The position numbers and the translations under genes are program-made. The notes beneath the pieces are model-generated. The model made no database searches and was not told the DNA's origin. It saw only the letters and a program-made list of their open reading frames with translations. Shown here in pieces: positions 41,936 through 52,153 of a stretch of 53,605 nt of DNA (the first letter of the stretch is position 1; each line of letters begins with the position of its first letter). Source of the stretch: a virus (taxonomy: Duplodnaviria; Heunggongvirae; Uroviricota; Caudoviricetes); IMG/VR virus record IMGVR_UViG_3300032007_000013. One strand, written 5' to 3'.

Positions 41936-42272
41936 TACTTAAAATTGGGAAAAATAATTTTTGACAATTTAGAAAATTTTTAATATAATATATATGTGAA
42001 AAATAAAAAATGGAGGTTATCTTCTTGGCGAGTGACCCTAATTTAAAAGGATTAACTTAATGTTAGATTGGATATTAATTATTGATTTTAGTTTTATTAT
42101 TCCTATAAGTTTATTTGTAATTTATCTTTTATATAGTTTTAAAAATAAATAATGCTAGAATATTTAATAATTTTTATTTTTTGCTTTATTGGCGGCATTG
42201 GTTTATTTCTTATTATATTATTAATATTTTATTTTTTAGATAAATAATATATAATATTATTTATCTAAATAT

Positions 42273-42349
42273 GCCATCGTAGCTCACGCTGGTAGAGCAG
42301 GCGCCTTGTAAGCGTCAGGTAGTCGGATCGTCACCGGCCGGTGGCTCCA
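42273..42349 (+). tRNA. tRNA-Thr(TGT)
   Basis: Loop CT-TGT-AA; T-loop ATCGTCA; CCA. Confidence 0.88.
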
Positions 42350-42468
42350 TTAAAAAACCGATGAAGTGTCTATGACAAAGAGCCTTCAAAAAAATTATAC
42401 TAATCCCGCCACTTTGTCTATATAAGGGAGATAGATGATAAAAAGGTTTAAACGTTTTCCTTTTAAAT

Positions 42469-42544
42469 GCCAACTTAGCTCAGTTGGTAGAGCAATACAC
42501 TAGTAATGTATAGGTCGTGAGTTCGAGTCTCACAGTTGGCTCCA
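42469..42544 (+). tRNA. tRNA-Thr(AGT)
   Basis: ATACA-CTAGTAA-TGTAT, canonical 76 nt, CCA. Confidence 0.9.
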
Positions 42545-42548
42545 ATAT

Positions 42549-42624
42549 GCGGGTATGGTGTTAGTGGTTAGCATATGTGCTTGCCAAGCATAAGAGGAGG
42601 GTTCAAGTCCCTCTACTCGCTCCA
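42549..42624 (+). tRNA. tRNA-Gly(GCC)
   Basis: Loop TT-GCC-AA, U73, CCA. Confidence 0.9.
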
Positions 42625-42631
42625 ATAAAAT

Positions 42632-42705
42632 GCGGATATAGTTTAATGGTAGAACGCCACGTTCCCATCGTGGAAGTGAGATTTCGATTATCTTTATTCG
42701 CTCCA
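42632..42705 (+). tRNA. tRNA-Gly(CCC)
   Basis: CCACG-TTCCCAT-CGTGG, CCA. Confidence 0.85.
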
Positions 42706-42818
42706 TAATTCCTGGCTAACAAAAATAATAAAAAGCACCTGATATAAAATGCGGTGACTGGGAATAATAGAAAATAAAGTAGGGAATATCTATTAAATAA
42801 AATATAGGAGAAATAATT

Positions 42819-43301
42819 ATGAAGTTATTAATAACTTTTATTATCGTCTCCGCTATAAATGTAATCTTTTCAACAACTCGTTAGATTTTAACTGTTAATG
42901 GAGGCAAATGGGTAGCAGCATTAGCTTGTGCTATTTATAATGCCTTTAATAATATATTAGTTATTTATACAGTTGCTGATTTCCCATTATGGGAAAAATG
43001 TTTAATTACATTTATGTGTAATTTGATTTGTGTATTTATTGTAAAAACAGTAGAAGCTAAACGTAAACCAGTTTCTATGTGGAAATGTGAGCTTGCACTT
43101 CCAAAAATTTATTATGTAAATCCTGGTAGCATCAAAGAAATGATAGAAAATAAAGATATAGATTGCGTTTATGGTGAAGTTGGTAAAAAAGTAATTTTTA
43201 ATTGCTATTGTGATACCAAACATCAAGTTTCTTTTTTGAAGAAAATTTGTAAATAGTATAATGGTAAAATGTCTGCTTATCAAAGTGAGCAGGTTTGGTG
43301 A
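42819..43301 (+). CDS. Membrane protein, DUF2179/DUF5698-like (code 15; 2 TAG)
   Basis: Three hydrophobic segments then a soluble domain; AGGAG RBS. Confidence 0.6.
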
Positions 43302-43346
43302 TGATTTTGGGGCTAAAGCCCCTTCAAATCACCCAAAATAATAAAT

Positions 43347-43423
43347 GCGGGATTAGTGTCTAGCGGCTAGCACGCCAGCCTTCCAAGCTGGAAGGGCCAG
43401 TTCGAATCTGGTATCTCGCTCCA
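43347..43423 (+). tRNA. tRNA-Gly(TCC)
   Basis: CCAGC-CTTCCAA-GCTGG, CCA. Confidence 0.92.
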
Positions 43424-43669
43424 ATTAAAATCTTGTGTTATTTTTAAAGGAGAATTATATTATGACACTTGATGAAGCAATAGAACATCTCCAAGATAAA
43501 TTTGAAGAAGATGATTGGCCTTGTGAAGAATGCCGCCAAGAACATCTACAACTTTTATATTGGTTAATGGAATTAAGAGAACGTAGAGAAGTTGGAGATA
43601 AATTTCTTAAATATCATTTAGAAAAAATGGTAGATGAAATTAAAATGTTAGAGGAGTTATTACCAAGAA

Positions 43670-43915
43670 ATGAAACTTAATAGTGAAATTGAAATTCTTG
43701 ATTTTTTAAATACAATTAAACGCACTAAAAATAATGTATATTTAAAGTCACAAGATGGTGATTGCTATAATATGAAATCTGCCCTTTCAAAATATGTTGC
43801 TATTGGTGCATTATTAAGTGAACCTGGCGATGAACTTGAACTATTTTGTGATAATAAAGATGATGAAAAATTATTTTTTAGTTTTTTTAGAAAATATCCA
43901 GATGTATTAGAGTAA
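43670..43915 (+). CDS. HPr-like small protein
   Basis: FLNTIKRTKNNVYLKSQDGDCYNMKSALS...LELFC pattern. Confidence 0.5.
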   Translation: MKLNSEIEILDFLNTIKRTKNNVYLKSQDGDCYNMKSALSKYVAIGALLSEPGDELELFCDNKDDEKLFFSFFRKYPDVLE

Positions 43916-43999
43916 AATGATTGCGCCGGACTTGAGGGCATAATTCGTCCGGCGCATTTTTTTTGTCCTTGGAAATTTTTAAATACAATATTTACAATA

Positions 44000-44152
44000 T
44001 TATTTCTCCCAAAAAACATCAAAAGCAGTCTATAACCCATAGGCAATTTTTAACATTTTCTATAAATCATCAAATGATATATTATTTTTTTTCATTAATT
44101 CCATTCCTTCATTAGCCCAAGCTGCTATTTTTTCATAAGTTTCTTGTTCCAT
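44000..44152 (-). CDS. Small hypothetical protein (code 15; 2 TAG)
   Basis: AGAAAGGAGG RBS; MEQETYEKIAAWANEGMELMKKNNISFDDLQKMLKIAYGLQTAFDVFWEK. Confidence 0.6.
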
Positions 44153-44265
44153 TTTTTAACCTCCTTTCTGCCATTATTTTACTAAAAAATTTCATAATTG
44201 TCAAAAATTTGCTTGACAATCTCCAAAAAATTTTATATAATAAAATAAAAAAAGGAGATTTCAAG

Positions 44266-46026
44266 ATGGAAAAAACACAATCACTTTTGTTAGATAAAAC
44301 ATTTGATTTAATAGCAGCAATTTAGCAATTAGAAAAACAGATGGATGATATTTATAAAATTAATTATTATCTTATTCGTAAATATAGAGATGATTTAATA
44401 AAAGAGTTTAAAATAGAAAATCCAGAAGCAACAGAATCTTGCGCGCTTTGGGCAAAAATATTTGATCCAGATACAACAAGTTTAGCAGATACATTAACTA
44501 TTTTAGATATTACTAATAAGATACGCGATGAAATGAAAAAAGAAATGCCCGACCCATGGTATAGTTATGGCATCGCGCAACTAACAAATAAAGAATAAAT
44601 TTGATTTTTATAAAAAAATATTATATAATATTTATAGAAAATAAGTGAAAGAGAAAATAAATATGGAAGAATACCCAAAATATTATTTTATTACAGTTTT
44701 TATTTCATATGATGAGTTTGGCCCACATGGAATGCGTTGTTGGGGTTTTTATGATAATTGGTATGAAGCAGATGATACACTAAGTAATAATATAACGGAC
44801 CTTTGGGAAACTTGTTATAATTATGGTGTAATTGAAGAATATGAAGCAGGTATAGGTGGTTATACTGGCATGAGGTAGTTTTATAAATATAATGCCAAGA
44901 CTGGCTTCTATGATAATATTGAAGAACCAGAAGTATTAAAACATTATGGAGGATTTGCATTAGGATGAAAAATCATAATTGTCCAAACTGCGGGGCTCCA
45001 TTAGAACTTGTAGAGTATAAATGTCCTTATTGTGGAACTTTATATTTAGATTTAACAATGATAGATTTTGATAATAAAACTCCATTTTTTCTTACTATTA
45101 AGTAGAATGGAATGTTAATTACTCAAAAAGTTAAACCAGAAACTGCCGATATGACCATAACAAGTGAACCAGTTTATGCAATAGGGAAAAACCAAAAAAT
45201 GTTATCAATTATTTCTTCTGTAAATGCAGAAACTAATATTCAATTTACAGCTATTCCGATAGGAAAAGATAGAGTCTATGCAGAAATGAGGAAAATAGAA
45301 AATGATTAAGAAAGCAGAAATTCTACCAAAAGAAGTTGAAGTGTGTCAATGGACTGGGCATAATGCTGATGAAATGATAGCATTTACTGGAAAGGCTGTT
45401 CACGATATATATGAAAATTCTTATGGCTTTTGTTGCTGGATACATACAACTCGTTTAGCCGCAGGAGATTATGTAGTTAAAGCGAATAACGAAGTAATAG
45501 ATGTTTGTTCAGAAGATAACTTTAAAGAAAGGTATAGATTTATAAAATGAAAGATGTTTTAATTATAGTTGTTATTATTATACTTTTATTAGGATTGGCT
45601 TTTGGGCTAAATAGCTGCTCAGCAAAAATGGAAGGGTTTTATTTTGATCCTGGCAATTGCCCTGAATGTGGAACTAAACTTGTAAAAGGAGTATATGGGG
45701 CATATGCACCTAATGTTTGTTGGTATTGCCCTAATTGTCCTTAAAGGAGAAAACAAATGATTAATATTGCTAGAAAAAAGCCTGTTGAAGTTGAAGTTTG
45801 TCAGTGGACTGGAGAAAATGTTGATGAAATTAAGAATTTCTGCGGTCATAGTGCTAATTTTGTTATGAGAAAAGATGGCGGCAAATGGTTTACTACTCTT
45901 GATATTTTTACTCTTGAGGGAACTCATTATGCCGATTTTGGAGATTATATTATTAAAGGGGTAAAAGGAGAATTTTATCCTTGTAAGCCTGATATTTTTG
46001 AAAAAACTTATGATATTATTAAGTGA
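44266..46026 (+). other. Small hypothetical genes: 44266-44598, 44645-44968 and 44965-45309 (all TAG read-through; the last a double zinc ribbon), 45547-45744, and two paralogs 45302-45550 / 45757-46026 (EVEVCQWTG)
   Basis: RBSs and overlapping stop/start junctions after recoding. Confidence 0.65.
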
Positions 46027-46056
46027 AAAATGGGATAAAATTTAATATCCCTACAT

Positions 46057-46133
46057 GCCCACGTAAGCTAATGGATAAACTGCTGGGTTTCTACCCCAGA
46101 TCTATGAGGGTTCGACTCCTTCCGTGGGTGCCA
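46057..46133 (+). tRNA. tRNA-Arg(TCT)
   Basis: CTGGG-TTTCTAC-CCCAG, CCA. Confidence 0.9.
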
Positions 46134-46326
46134 TAACTTCGCAACCATATTATAAGCGCTTATATATGGCCAATTCAACAAATATTGCGGGGCGGGTTCC
46201 GCATTCCCCCTAAAATATGAGCAGGTCCAATATGGTAAAGTAGCCAAGTCTGTAAAAAATTTTTTGGGTAAAATTTATTTGTCTATCTTTCTAAAAAATT
46301 ATATAATAATAGAGAGGTGATAAAAA

Positions 46327-46881
46327 ATGCCTAATAAATTAAATTTAATTGGATAGAAATTTGGCGATTTAAAAGTGATAGATAATGCCCCTAGTAAAAA
46401 TGGAAAAACTTATTGGTTATGCGAATGTAAATGTGGAGAATAGAAAATAATTAGAACAACTAGTTTAAGAGATGGTAGCACAACCAGTTGTGGCAAGTGC
46501 AGAAATAATCGTAAAAATCCAAATATTTCTGATATTAATAAAATAAAAATATGCCCTATATGTTCAAAAGAATTTTCTACTAATATAAATAATCGTATTT
46601 ATTGTTATGAATGTTCTCCGATTAATGATAGTAGTAAATATAGAAAGAGAGCAGTTAAACATTAGTTAATTTTATATAAAGGTGGAAAATGTGAAAAATG
46701 TGGCTATAATAAGTGCGAAGGAGCATTATAGTTTCACCACATAGATATGTCTCAAAAAGAATTTCAATTAAGTGATAGTGATATAACTAAAAATATTTCT
46801 TTAAACGATTTAAAAAAAGAAGTAGATAAATGTATGTTATTATGCGCTAATTGTCATGCAGAATTGCATTATAATTCATAA
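46327..46881 (+). CDS. HNH endonuclease with N-terminal WLCECKCG domain (code 15)
   Basis: LIG*KFG, GGKCEKCGY...AL*FHH, CMLLCANCHAELH. Confidence 0.88.
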
Positions 46882-46890
46882 TGCAATATA

Positions 46891-46966
46891 GATCCCTTAG
46901 TCAAGAAGTTAAGGCACTCGGCTGCAACCCGAGGGGGGAACGGTGCGATACCGTTAGGGATCTCCA
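46891..46966 (+). tRNA. tRNA-Cys(GCA)
   Basis: CTCGG-CTGCAAC-CCGAG, U73, CCA. Confidence 0.88.
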
Positions 46967-47059
46967 ACTTAGAAAAACTGCGCTTACCAAAAATTTCACA
47001 ATTAAATGTAAAAAAATTGGTAAGCGCAGTCCCTCTTTTAAGGAAAGGAGTAAAAAATT

Positions 47060-47929
47060 ATGAATATTCAGTCTTTATCTATTATGGTTCCATGTGGCGG
47101 GCATTGTATGAATAATTGTAAATTTTGTGTTTCTCGTATGAGAGATGATGAAAGCATTTTTGGTAAAGAAATTATTAGTGCGACAAATATTCCTCAGTCT
47201 TATATTGACCGCATTAAATATGTTCGTGATGCTGGATGTGATAATATGATTATCACTGGCACGACAGAGCCACAGCAGAATATGGAATTTATTAAAGCAC
47301 TTTTATGGAAAATTAATAAAAATTTACCTAAACCTTTTTATAATATTGCAATTCAGACTACTGGTGCTAATATATCAGAATCAAATATTAGTTTTTTATC
47401 AACCAGTGGTATAAATACTCTTGCTTTATCTGTATCTTCTTTTAATGCTGAACGTAATTGGGAAATTATTCAAACTCCAGAAGCAGCAAGAAAAATGACT
47501 GTTGATGAATTAGTAGCTCGCGGCAAAGCTAATGGCATGAATGTGCGAGTCTGTCTTAATCTTACTGATGAATTTGATCCTTATTCTCCTAAATATATTT
47601 TTCAGTGGGCAAATGAAAGAAATGTGGACCAGTTAACTTTTAGAAAAATATATCGTAGTAGAATGGATACTGAACAGGACAGGTGGATTATTCAGCATAG
47701 TTATAGTAATGAGAGTTATACTAAAATTATTAAATTTATAAAAGAAATGGGAACTCCTATTCGTATTCTGCCTTTTGGGGCTACTCTTTATGATTGTATG
47801 GGCATTGGTGTAGTAGTTGACGAAGATTGTATGGCAAAGAAAAATCTTGAAGATATGCGATACGCTATCCTTAGACCCAATAATCATCTTTATTCTTCTT
47901 GGGATTTGAAAGGAAGTTTAATTTATTAA
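47060..47929 (+). CDS. Radical SAM protein
   Basis: CMNNCKFC (CxxxCxxC), ITGTTEP. Confidence 0.85.
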   Translation: MNIQSLSIMVPCGGHCMNNCKFCVSRMRDDESIFGKEIISATNIPQSYIDRIKYVRDAGCDNMIITGTTEPQQNMEFIKALLWKINKNLPKPFYNIAIQTTGANISESNISFLSTSGINTLALSVSSFNAERNWEIIQTPEAARKMTVDELVARGKANGMNVRVCLNLTDEFDPYSPKYIFQWANERNVDQLTFRKIYRSRMDTEQDRWIIQHSYSNESYTKIIKFIKEMGTPIRILPFGATLYDCMGIGVVVDEDCMAKKNLEDMRYAILRPNNHLYSSWDLKGSLIY

Positions 47930-47930
47930 T

Positions 47931-48421
47931 ATGGAAATTGAAAGAAAATGGCTATTAAAAGCTTTTCCAGTTGGACAGCATAAAACTCATTGTTATATTT
48001 TTCAAACTTATTTAGCATCTTATGATGATTGTGAAATAAGAATTAGATATTGTGAACCTGCTTTAGACATAGAAATAAACCAGTTTCACCTTATAAGTTT
48101 ACTTATAAAAGTGGTGGAGATTTATGCCGTAATGAAGTTGAAAAAGAATTAACTGCTCAGCAGTTTGATGAATTAAAAAGAAATATTCTATATCCTGCTA
48201 TAAGTAAAAATTTTTATACTTATGAATATGACGGGCATACAATTGAAATATCTAAGGTTGATGATGATTGGATTTACGCAGAAGTGGAATTTAATAATGA
48301 ACTTGAAGCTATCAATTATGATTTTCCTTGGCCAAGTTTAGTTATTGAAGATGTTACAGAAAATAAAGAATATAAAATGAAAAATTATTGGCGGAAGACT
48401 AGATTAAAAGAAGAAATTTGA
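47931..48421 (+). pseudogene. CYTH/triphosphate-tunnel protein split by a -1 frameshift near 48060-48080
   Basis: EIERKWL N-terminus; YKFTYKSGGDLCRNEVE and AEVEF continue in the -1 frame. Confidence 0.7.
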
Positions 48422-48481
48422 AAATTTTAAAAAAATTTAGTATAATATTTATAGAAAATAAATGATGTACTAAATTTATAA

Positions 48482-48556
48482 GCCTCGGTAGTTTAACGGA
48501 TAGATCATGCGGCTACGGACCGCAGGGTGTGGGTTCGACTCCTGCTCGGGGTGCCA
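48482..48556 (+). tRNA. tRNA-Arg(ACG)
   Basis: TGCGG-CTACGGA-CCGCA, CCA. Confidence 0.9.
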
Positions 48557-48677
48557 GCGAAATTGTCGTCACTATAACTTACCACGCACATGGGATAGCT
48601 TATACTGTAGATTTGTGCACCATGGCTACAAAGTATAAGGTTAGTAAAAATAGGATTGGACTTTTTTCGCTTTATAT

Positions 48678-48753
48678 GGAGGGATTGGTGTAATAGTTAG
48701 CATTAGAGATTGTGGCTCTCTAGGCGACGGAGCGTAACCGTCATCTCTCCCCA
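48678..48753 (+). tRNA. tRNA-His(GTG)
   Basis: G-1, C73, AGAGA-TTGTGGC-TCTCT, CCA. Confidence 0.9.
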
Positions 48754-48777
48754 TTTAAAATATAAAGGAGTATTGAA

Positions 48778-49884
48778 ATGAATGTAATTAAAACTGGTGG
48801 CAATTGGACTATTTATGATGATGCTATTGAATCGTTTGATAAACTTCCTGCTGGCACCTATATGATTAATTTTAGTAAAATGATGGGTTATTTTCTTACT
48901 AATCATAATGACCTTGAAGTTAAAGAAACTAAAATTTATGGAGATACTGAAAAGAAAGTTGATAAGATTCTTCGTTCTTTTTCTTTAACTGACCGTAATT
49001 TTGGTGTTATTTTAAGTGGCCCAAAAGGTGTTGGTAAATCTTTATTCGCACGAGTTCTTGCTAATAAAGCCGCAGAGAATAATCTTCCTCTTTTGATTTG
49101 TTCTGGTTATACTCCTGGGATTGCTTCTTTTATTAGTTCTATTGACCAAGAGGTAATCATTCTTTTTGATGAGTTTGAAAAAACTTTTAGCGAAAAAGAT
49201 AATACTGATCCCCAAGAGGAAATGTTGAGTTTATTTGATGGTGTCGATAGTGGTAAGAAACTTTTTGTAGTAACTTGTAATGAAGTGCGGCATTTAAATG
49301 AATATTTACTAAATAGACCTGGACGTTTTCATTATCATTTTACTCTCACTAATCCTACCGCAATCGAAGTAGAGGAATATATGAAAGATAAACTTGATTT
49401 GAAATATCAAAATCTTATTCCTCAAATTATTAATTTTTCTCTTGGTGGTAGTCTTACTTATGATTGTTTGCGAGCCATCGCATTTGAAATTAATAATGGT
49501 TATAGCCTTGAAGAGACTGTGCAAGATTTGAACATTTCTCGTGATAAAGTACTTTATTATGATATTCGCATTGAATTTGAGGATGGTCAAATTTGTCTTG
49601 CTAGAAAAGCCTGCCTTGATTTTTATAGGGATTATTGTAGAGAATGGTGTCAAGACGGTAATGATGGAGTTGGTTTTTTCCTTGTCTTTAAGACTAGCGA
49701 TATTAAATATGACCCTGAAAGAACTATCCAGCATCTTGATCCAGATAAAGTAACAATTCAGTATGATAACTGTGATTTGGAAGATATGACTGACGATCAA
49801 AAGGCTTTCTATCAAACTCGTAAAGTAAAATCTGTTGTACTTCATAAGAGCGTTGACTCTTATATTTATAGGTATGCGGTTTAA
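48778..49884 (+). CDS. AAA+ ATPase
   Basis: Walker A GPKGVGKS, Walker B ILFDEFEK, RPGRF. Confidence 0.9.
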   Translation: MNVIKTGGNWTIYDDAIESFDKLPAGTYMINFSKMMGYFLTNHNDLEVKETKIYGDTEKKVDKILRSFSLTDRNFGVILSGPKGVGKSLFARVLANKAAENNLPLLICSGYTPGIASFISSIDQEVIILFDEFEKTFSEKDNTDPQEEMLSLFDGVDSGKKLFVVTCNEVRHLNEYLLNRPGRFHYHFTLTNPTAIEVEEYMKDKLDLKYQNLIPQIINFSLGGSLTYDCLRAIAFEINNGYSLEETVQDLNISRDKVLYYDIRIEFEDGQICLARKACLDFYRDYCREWCQDGNDGVGFFLVFKTSDIKYDPERTIQHLDPDKVTIQYDNCDLEDMTDDQKAFYQTRKVKSVVLHKSVDSYIYRYAV

Positions 49885-49899
49885 TTAAATCGTATACAT

Positions 49900-49974
49900 A
49901 CGTTCGTAGTCTAATGGATAAAACAATTCTTCCCTAAAGAATAATTGTAGGTTCAATTCCTACCGAGTGTACCA
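49900..49974 (+). tRNA. tRNA-Arg(CCT)
   Basis: ATTCT-TCCCTAA-AGAAT, CCA. Confidence 0.82.
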
Positions 49975-50032
49975 ATACTCTATATAAGATTAGGTATAGA
50001 GTAAATTTATATTGTAAAGTGAGGAATTTACA

Positions 50033-50371
50033 ATGGTTATTTATAGTGAAAAACTTAATAAGAAATTTGAAACTGTCGATGAATGCATAAAAGCAGAACA
50101 GGAATATGAGGCAAAAGTTGCCGCAGAAAAGGCTGCTAAAGAAAAGGCTCTTGTTGAAGCTAAGGCACGACAGGAAGCTCTTGCTAATGACCGCAAGACT
50201 CGTGCTACTGAAGTTGAAGATGCCTATAAAGCAGTTGTTGAAGCACAGAAAGTTTATCGCGAGAAACTGAATGCTTTTATTAAGGATTATGGTAGTTTCC
50301 ATATGACCCTTAAAACTGGTGATGGCAATCCTTTTGATCTTTTTCATAGTTTCTTTGAAAACTGGTTTTAA
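50033..50371 (+). CDS. Coiled-coil hypothetical phage protein
   Basis: 112 aa, biased codons, GAGG RBS. Confidence 0.75.
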   Translation: MVIYSEKLNKKFETVDECIKAEQEYEAKVAAEKAAKEKALVEAKARQEALANDRKTRATEVEDAYKAVVEAQKVYREKLNAFIKDYGSFHMTLKTGDGNPFDLFHSFFENWF

Positions 50372-50409
50372 TCGATAAAATTTTGGGGAAATTCCCCAAA
50401 ATTTTATAT

Positions 50410-50492
50410 AGGGGTGAAGCCTTAAATAGTGAGGGACACTTAATGCGCTCCAAACGCATGGGCAATGCGTCCGACTCGTATCACTCCTGCCA
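50410..50492 (+). tRNA. tRNA-Trp(CCA)-like gene with extra nucleotides between the D and anticodon arms
   Basis: AGGGGTG/CACTCCT+GCCA; ATGCG-CTCCAAA-CGCAT; T-loop TCCGACT. Confidence 0.65.
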
Positions 50493-50569
50493 AAAATAAT
50501 TCGAGGTCGAATTTTATTAATTGTCATAATTATTTTTTCATATATTTATGAAAGAGAGATGATTAATAT

Positions 50570-51310
50570 ATGTCTATTTGTGGAATTTATAAAATTACAA
50601 ATAAAATTAATGGAAAATGTTATATTGGATAGAGTATAAATATATAGGAAAGATGGAAACATCATCGAAGTTATCCTATAAAAAAAAGTTATTATCCTTT
50701 ATATAAAGCTTTTGAAAAATATGATATAAATAATTTTTTATTTGAAGTTATTGAAGAATGTTCTATTGAAGAATTAAATGAAAAAGAAATTTATTGGATT
50801 AATTTTTATGATTCTTATTATCATGGTTATAATTAGACAAAAGGTGGATCAACTGCTGGACATATTGTAAAAATTTCTGATGAAGATTTAGAAATTATTT
50901 ATGATTTATTATAGAATACATCTATTTTATAGAATGATATAGCTTCTATGTTTGGTGTAGGAGCAGATACTATTTCTGAAATTAATCATGGTAAAACAAG
51001 AATTAATGAAAATTTAAATTATCCATTACGAAAAGTAATAAAAAAACATAATTATTGTATTGATTGCGGAATAGAAATAAATTATAAAGCAGTTAGATGC
51101 TAGAAATGTCAAGCTTTATATTCTAGAATTGTAATAAGACCAAATAGAGAAGAATTAAAAAATTTAATTAGAAATAATTCTTTTTTATCTATAGGTAAAA
51201 AATATAAAGTTTCAGATAACACTATTCGTAAATGGTGTATTGCAGAAAATCTTCCATCAACAAAAAAAGAAATAAAAAAGTATTCTGATGTTGAATGGAT
51301 ATTAATATAA
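50570..51310 (+). CDS. GIY-YIG endonuclease with zinc ribbon and C-terminal HTH (code 15)
   Basis: GIYKITNKINGKCYIG*SINI*ERW; GYN*TKGG. Confidence 0.9.
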
Positions 51311-51330
51311 AAATAAGGAGTATTTTTGAA

Positions 51331-51771
51331 ATGTTAAGAAAGATTGTTTCTATCTTCCTTGTGTTTGTTTTTGCTATTTTTCTTATGGGATATATTATTC
51401 CAGTAGCAAATGCTGATTATTTTCCTAGTCCAACAGTAACAGAACATGATATGAGGTTGCGGTATTTTCCTGATGTAGCGTCTAATCTTTATCGAATTTG
51501 TGATAACGATGGAAATTTAGTACGTTTTCTTGAATTTAAAGATGTTACATATTCTCTTTTGGATGACTTTACTGGAATTACATCTGATGTAAAATTTGCC
51601 TTTAATCTTAATATTAATACTGAATTTGTTAATGATGAATATATGGAACTTATTCTTCTTAATGAAAATGAAATTAATGTATATAATAATGGAGTGAAAG
51701 TTCCAGTTGAAAAATTCGGTGAGTATAATATAGTTCATATCATTGATTCAGGTTTAATAACGATTAGTTGA
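51331..51771 (+). CDS. Secreted or membrane-anchored hypothetical protein
   Basis: Signal-peptide-like MLRKIVSIFLVFVFAIFLMGYIIPVANA; AGGAG RBS supports the 51331 start. Confidence 0.65.
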   Translation: MLRKIVSIFLVFVFAIFLMGYIIPVANADYFPSPTVTEHDMRLRYFPDVASNLYRICDNDGNLVRFLEFKDVTYSLLDDFTGITSDVKFAFNLNINTEFVNDEYMELILLNENEINVYNNGVKVPVEKFGEYNIVHIIDSGLITIS

Positions 51772-51841
51772 AAATTTTAAAAAAATATTATATAATATAT
51801 ATGTAAAATAAAGAAAAATATATTACATATATATTGTTTAT

Positions 51842-51917
51842 GTATCCATAGCTCAGCTGGTAGAGCAGCGGACTCTTAATCCGAAGGTCGCGGGTTCGAA
51901 CCCCTCTGGATGCACCA
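51842..51917 (+). tRNA. tRNA-Lys(CTT)
   Basis: Loop CT-CTT-AA, CCA. Confidence 0.93.
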
Positions 51918-51957
51918 TTTGAAAATTTTAAAAAAAATTTGATATAATATAACAATA

Positions 51958-52127
51958 AAGGCATATACAGCAACCATTATATTTGTAAATTTTTAGAATT
52001 AAAATATATAAAAACAATTTTAGAAGCGTGGTTTCTTCTAACGACGATTAATAAACTAGATTATTTCTCTAACAAGAGAAACACCGGAGATTTAGTCTTA
52101 TTAACAGGTAAGTTTCTTTGTGCCTTG
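51958..52127 (+). ncRNA. ACAGCAA clamp RNA 6 (multi-hairpin cargo)
   Basis: AAGGCAT-ATACAGCAA...GTGCCTT-G, directly after a promoter. Confidence 0.6.
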
Positions 52128-52153
52128 TCTTGGGGATATTAATCCACAGTTAT

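Noticed and set aside
32853-48670. Theta (HDV-like) ribozymes downstream of tRNAs, expected in recoded gut phages
   Set aside because: I checked tRNA 3' flanks by eye and found simple hairpins or pseudoknots but no full nested double pseudoknot; a descriptor search is needed to exclude them.
51295-51330. Track start codon at 51295
   Set aside because: It lies inside the recoded GIY-YIG gene; the RBS supports 51331.
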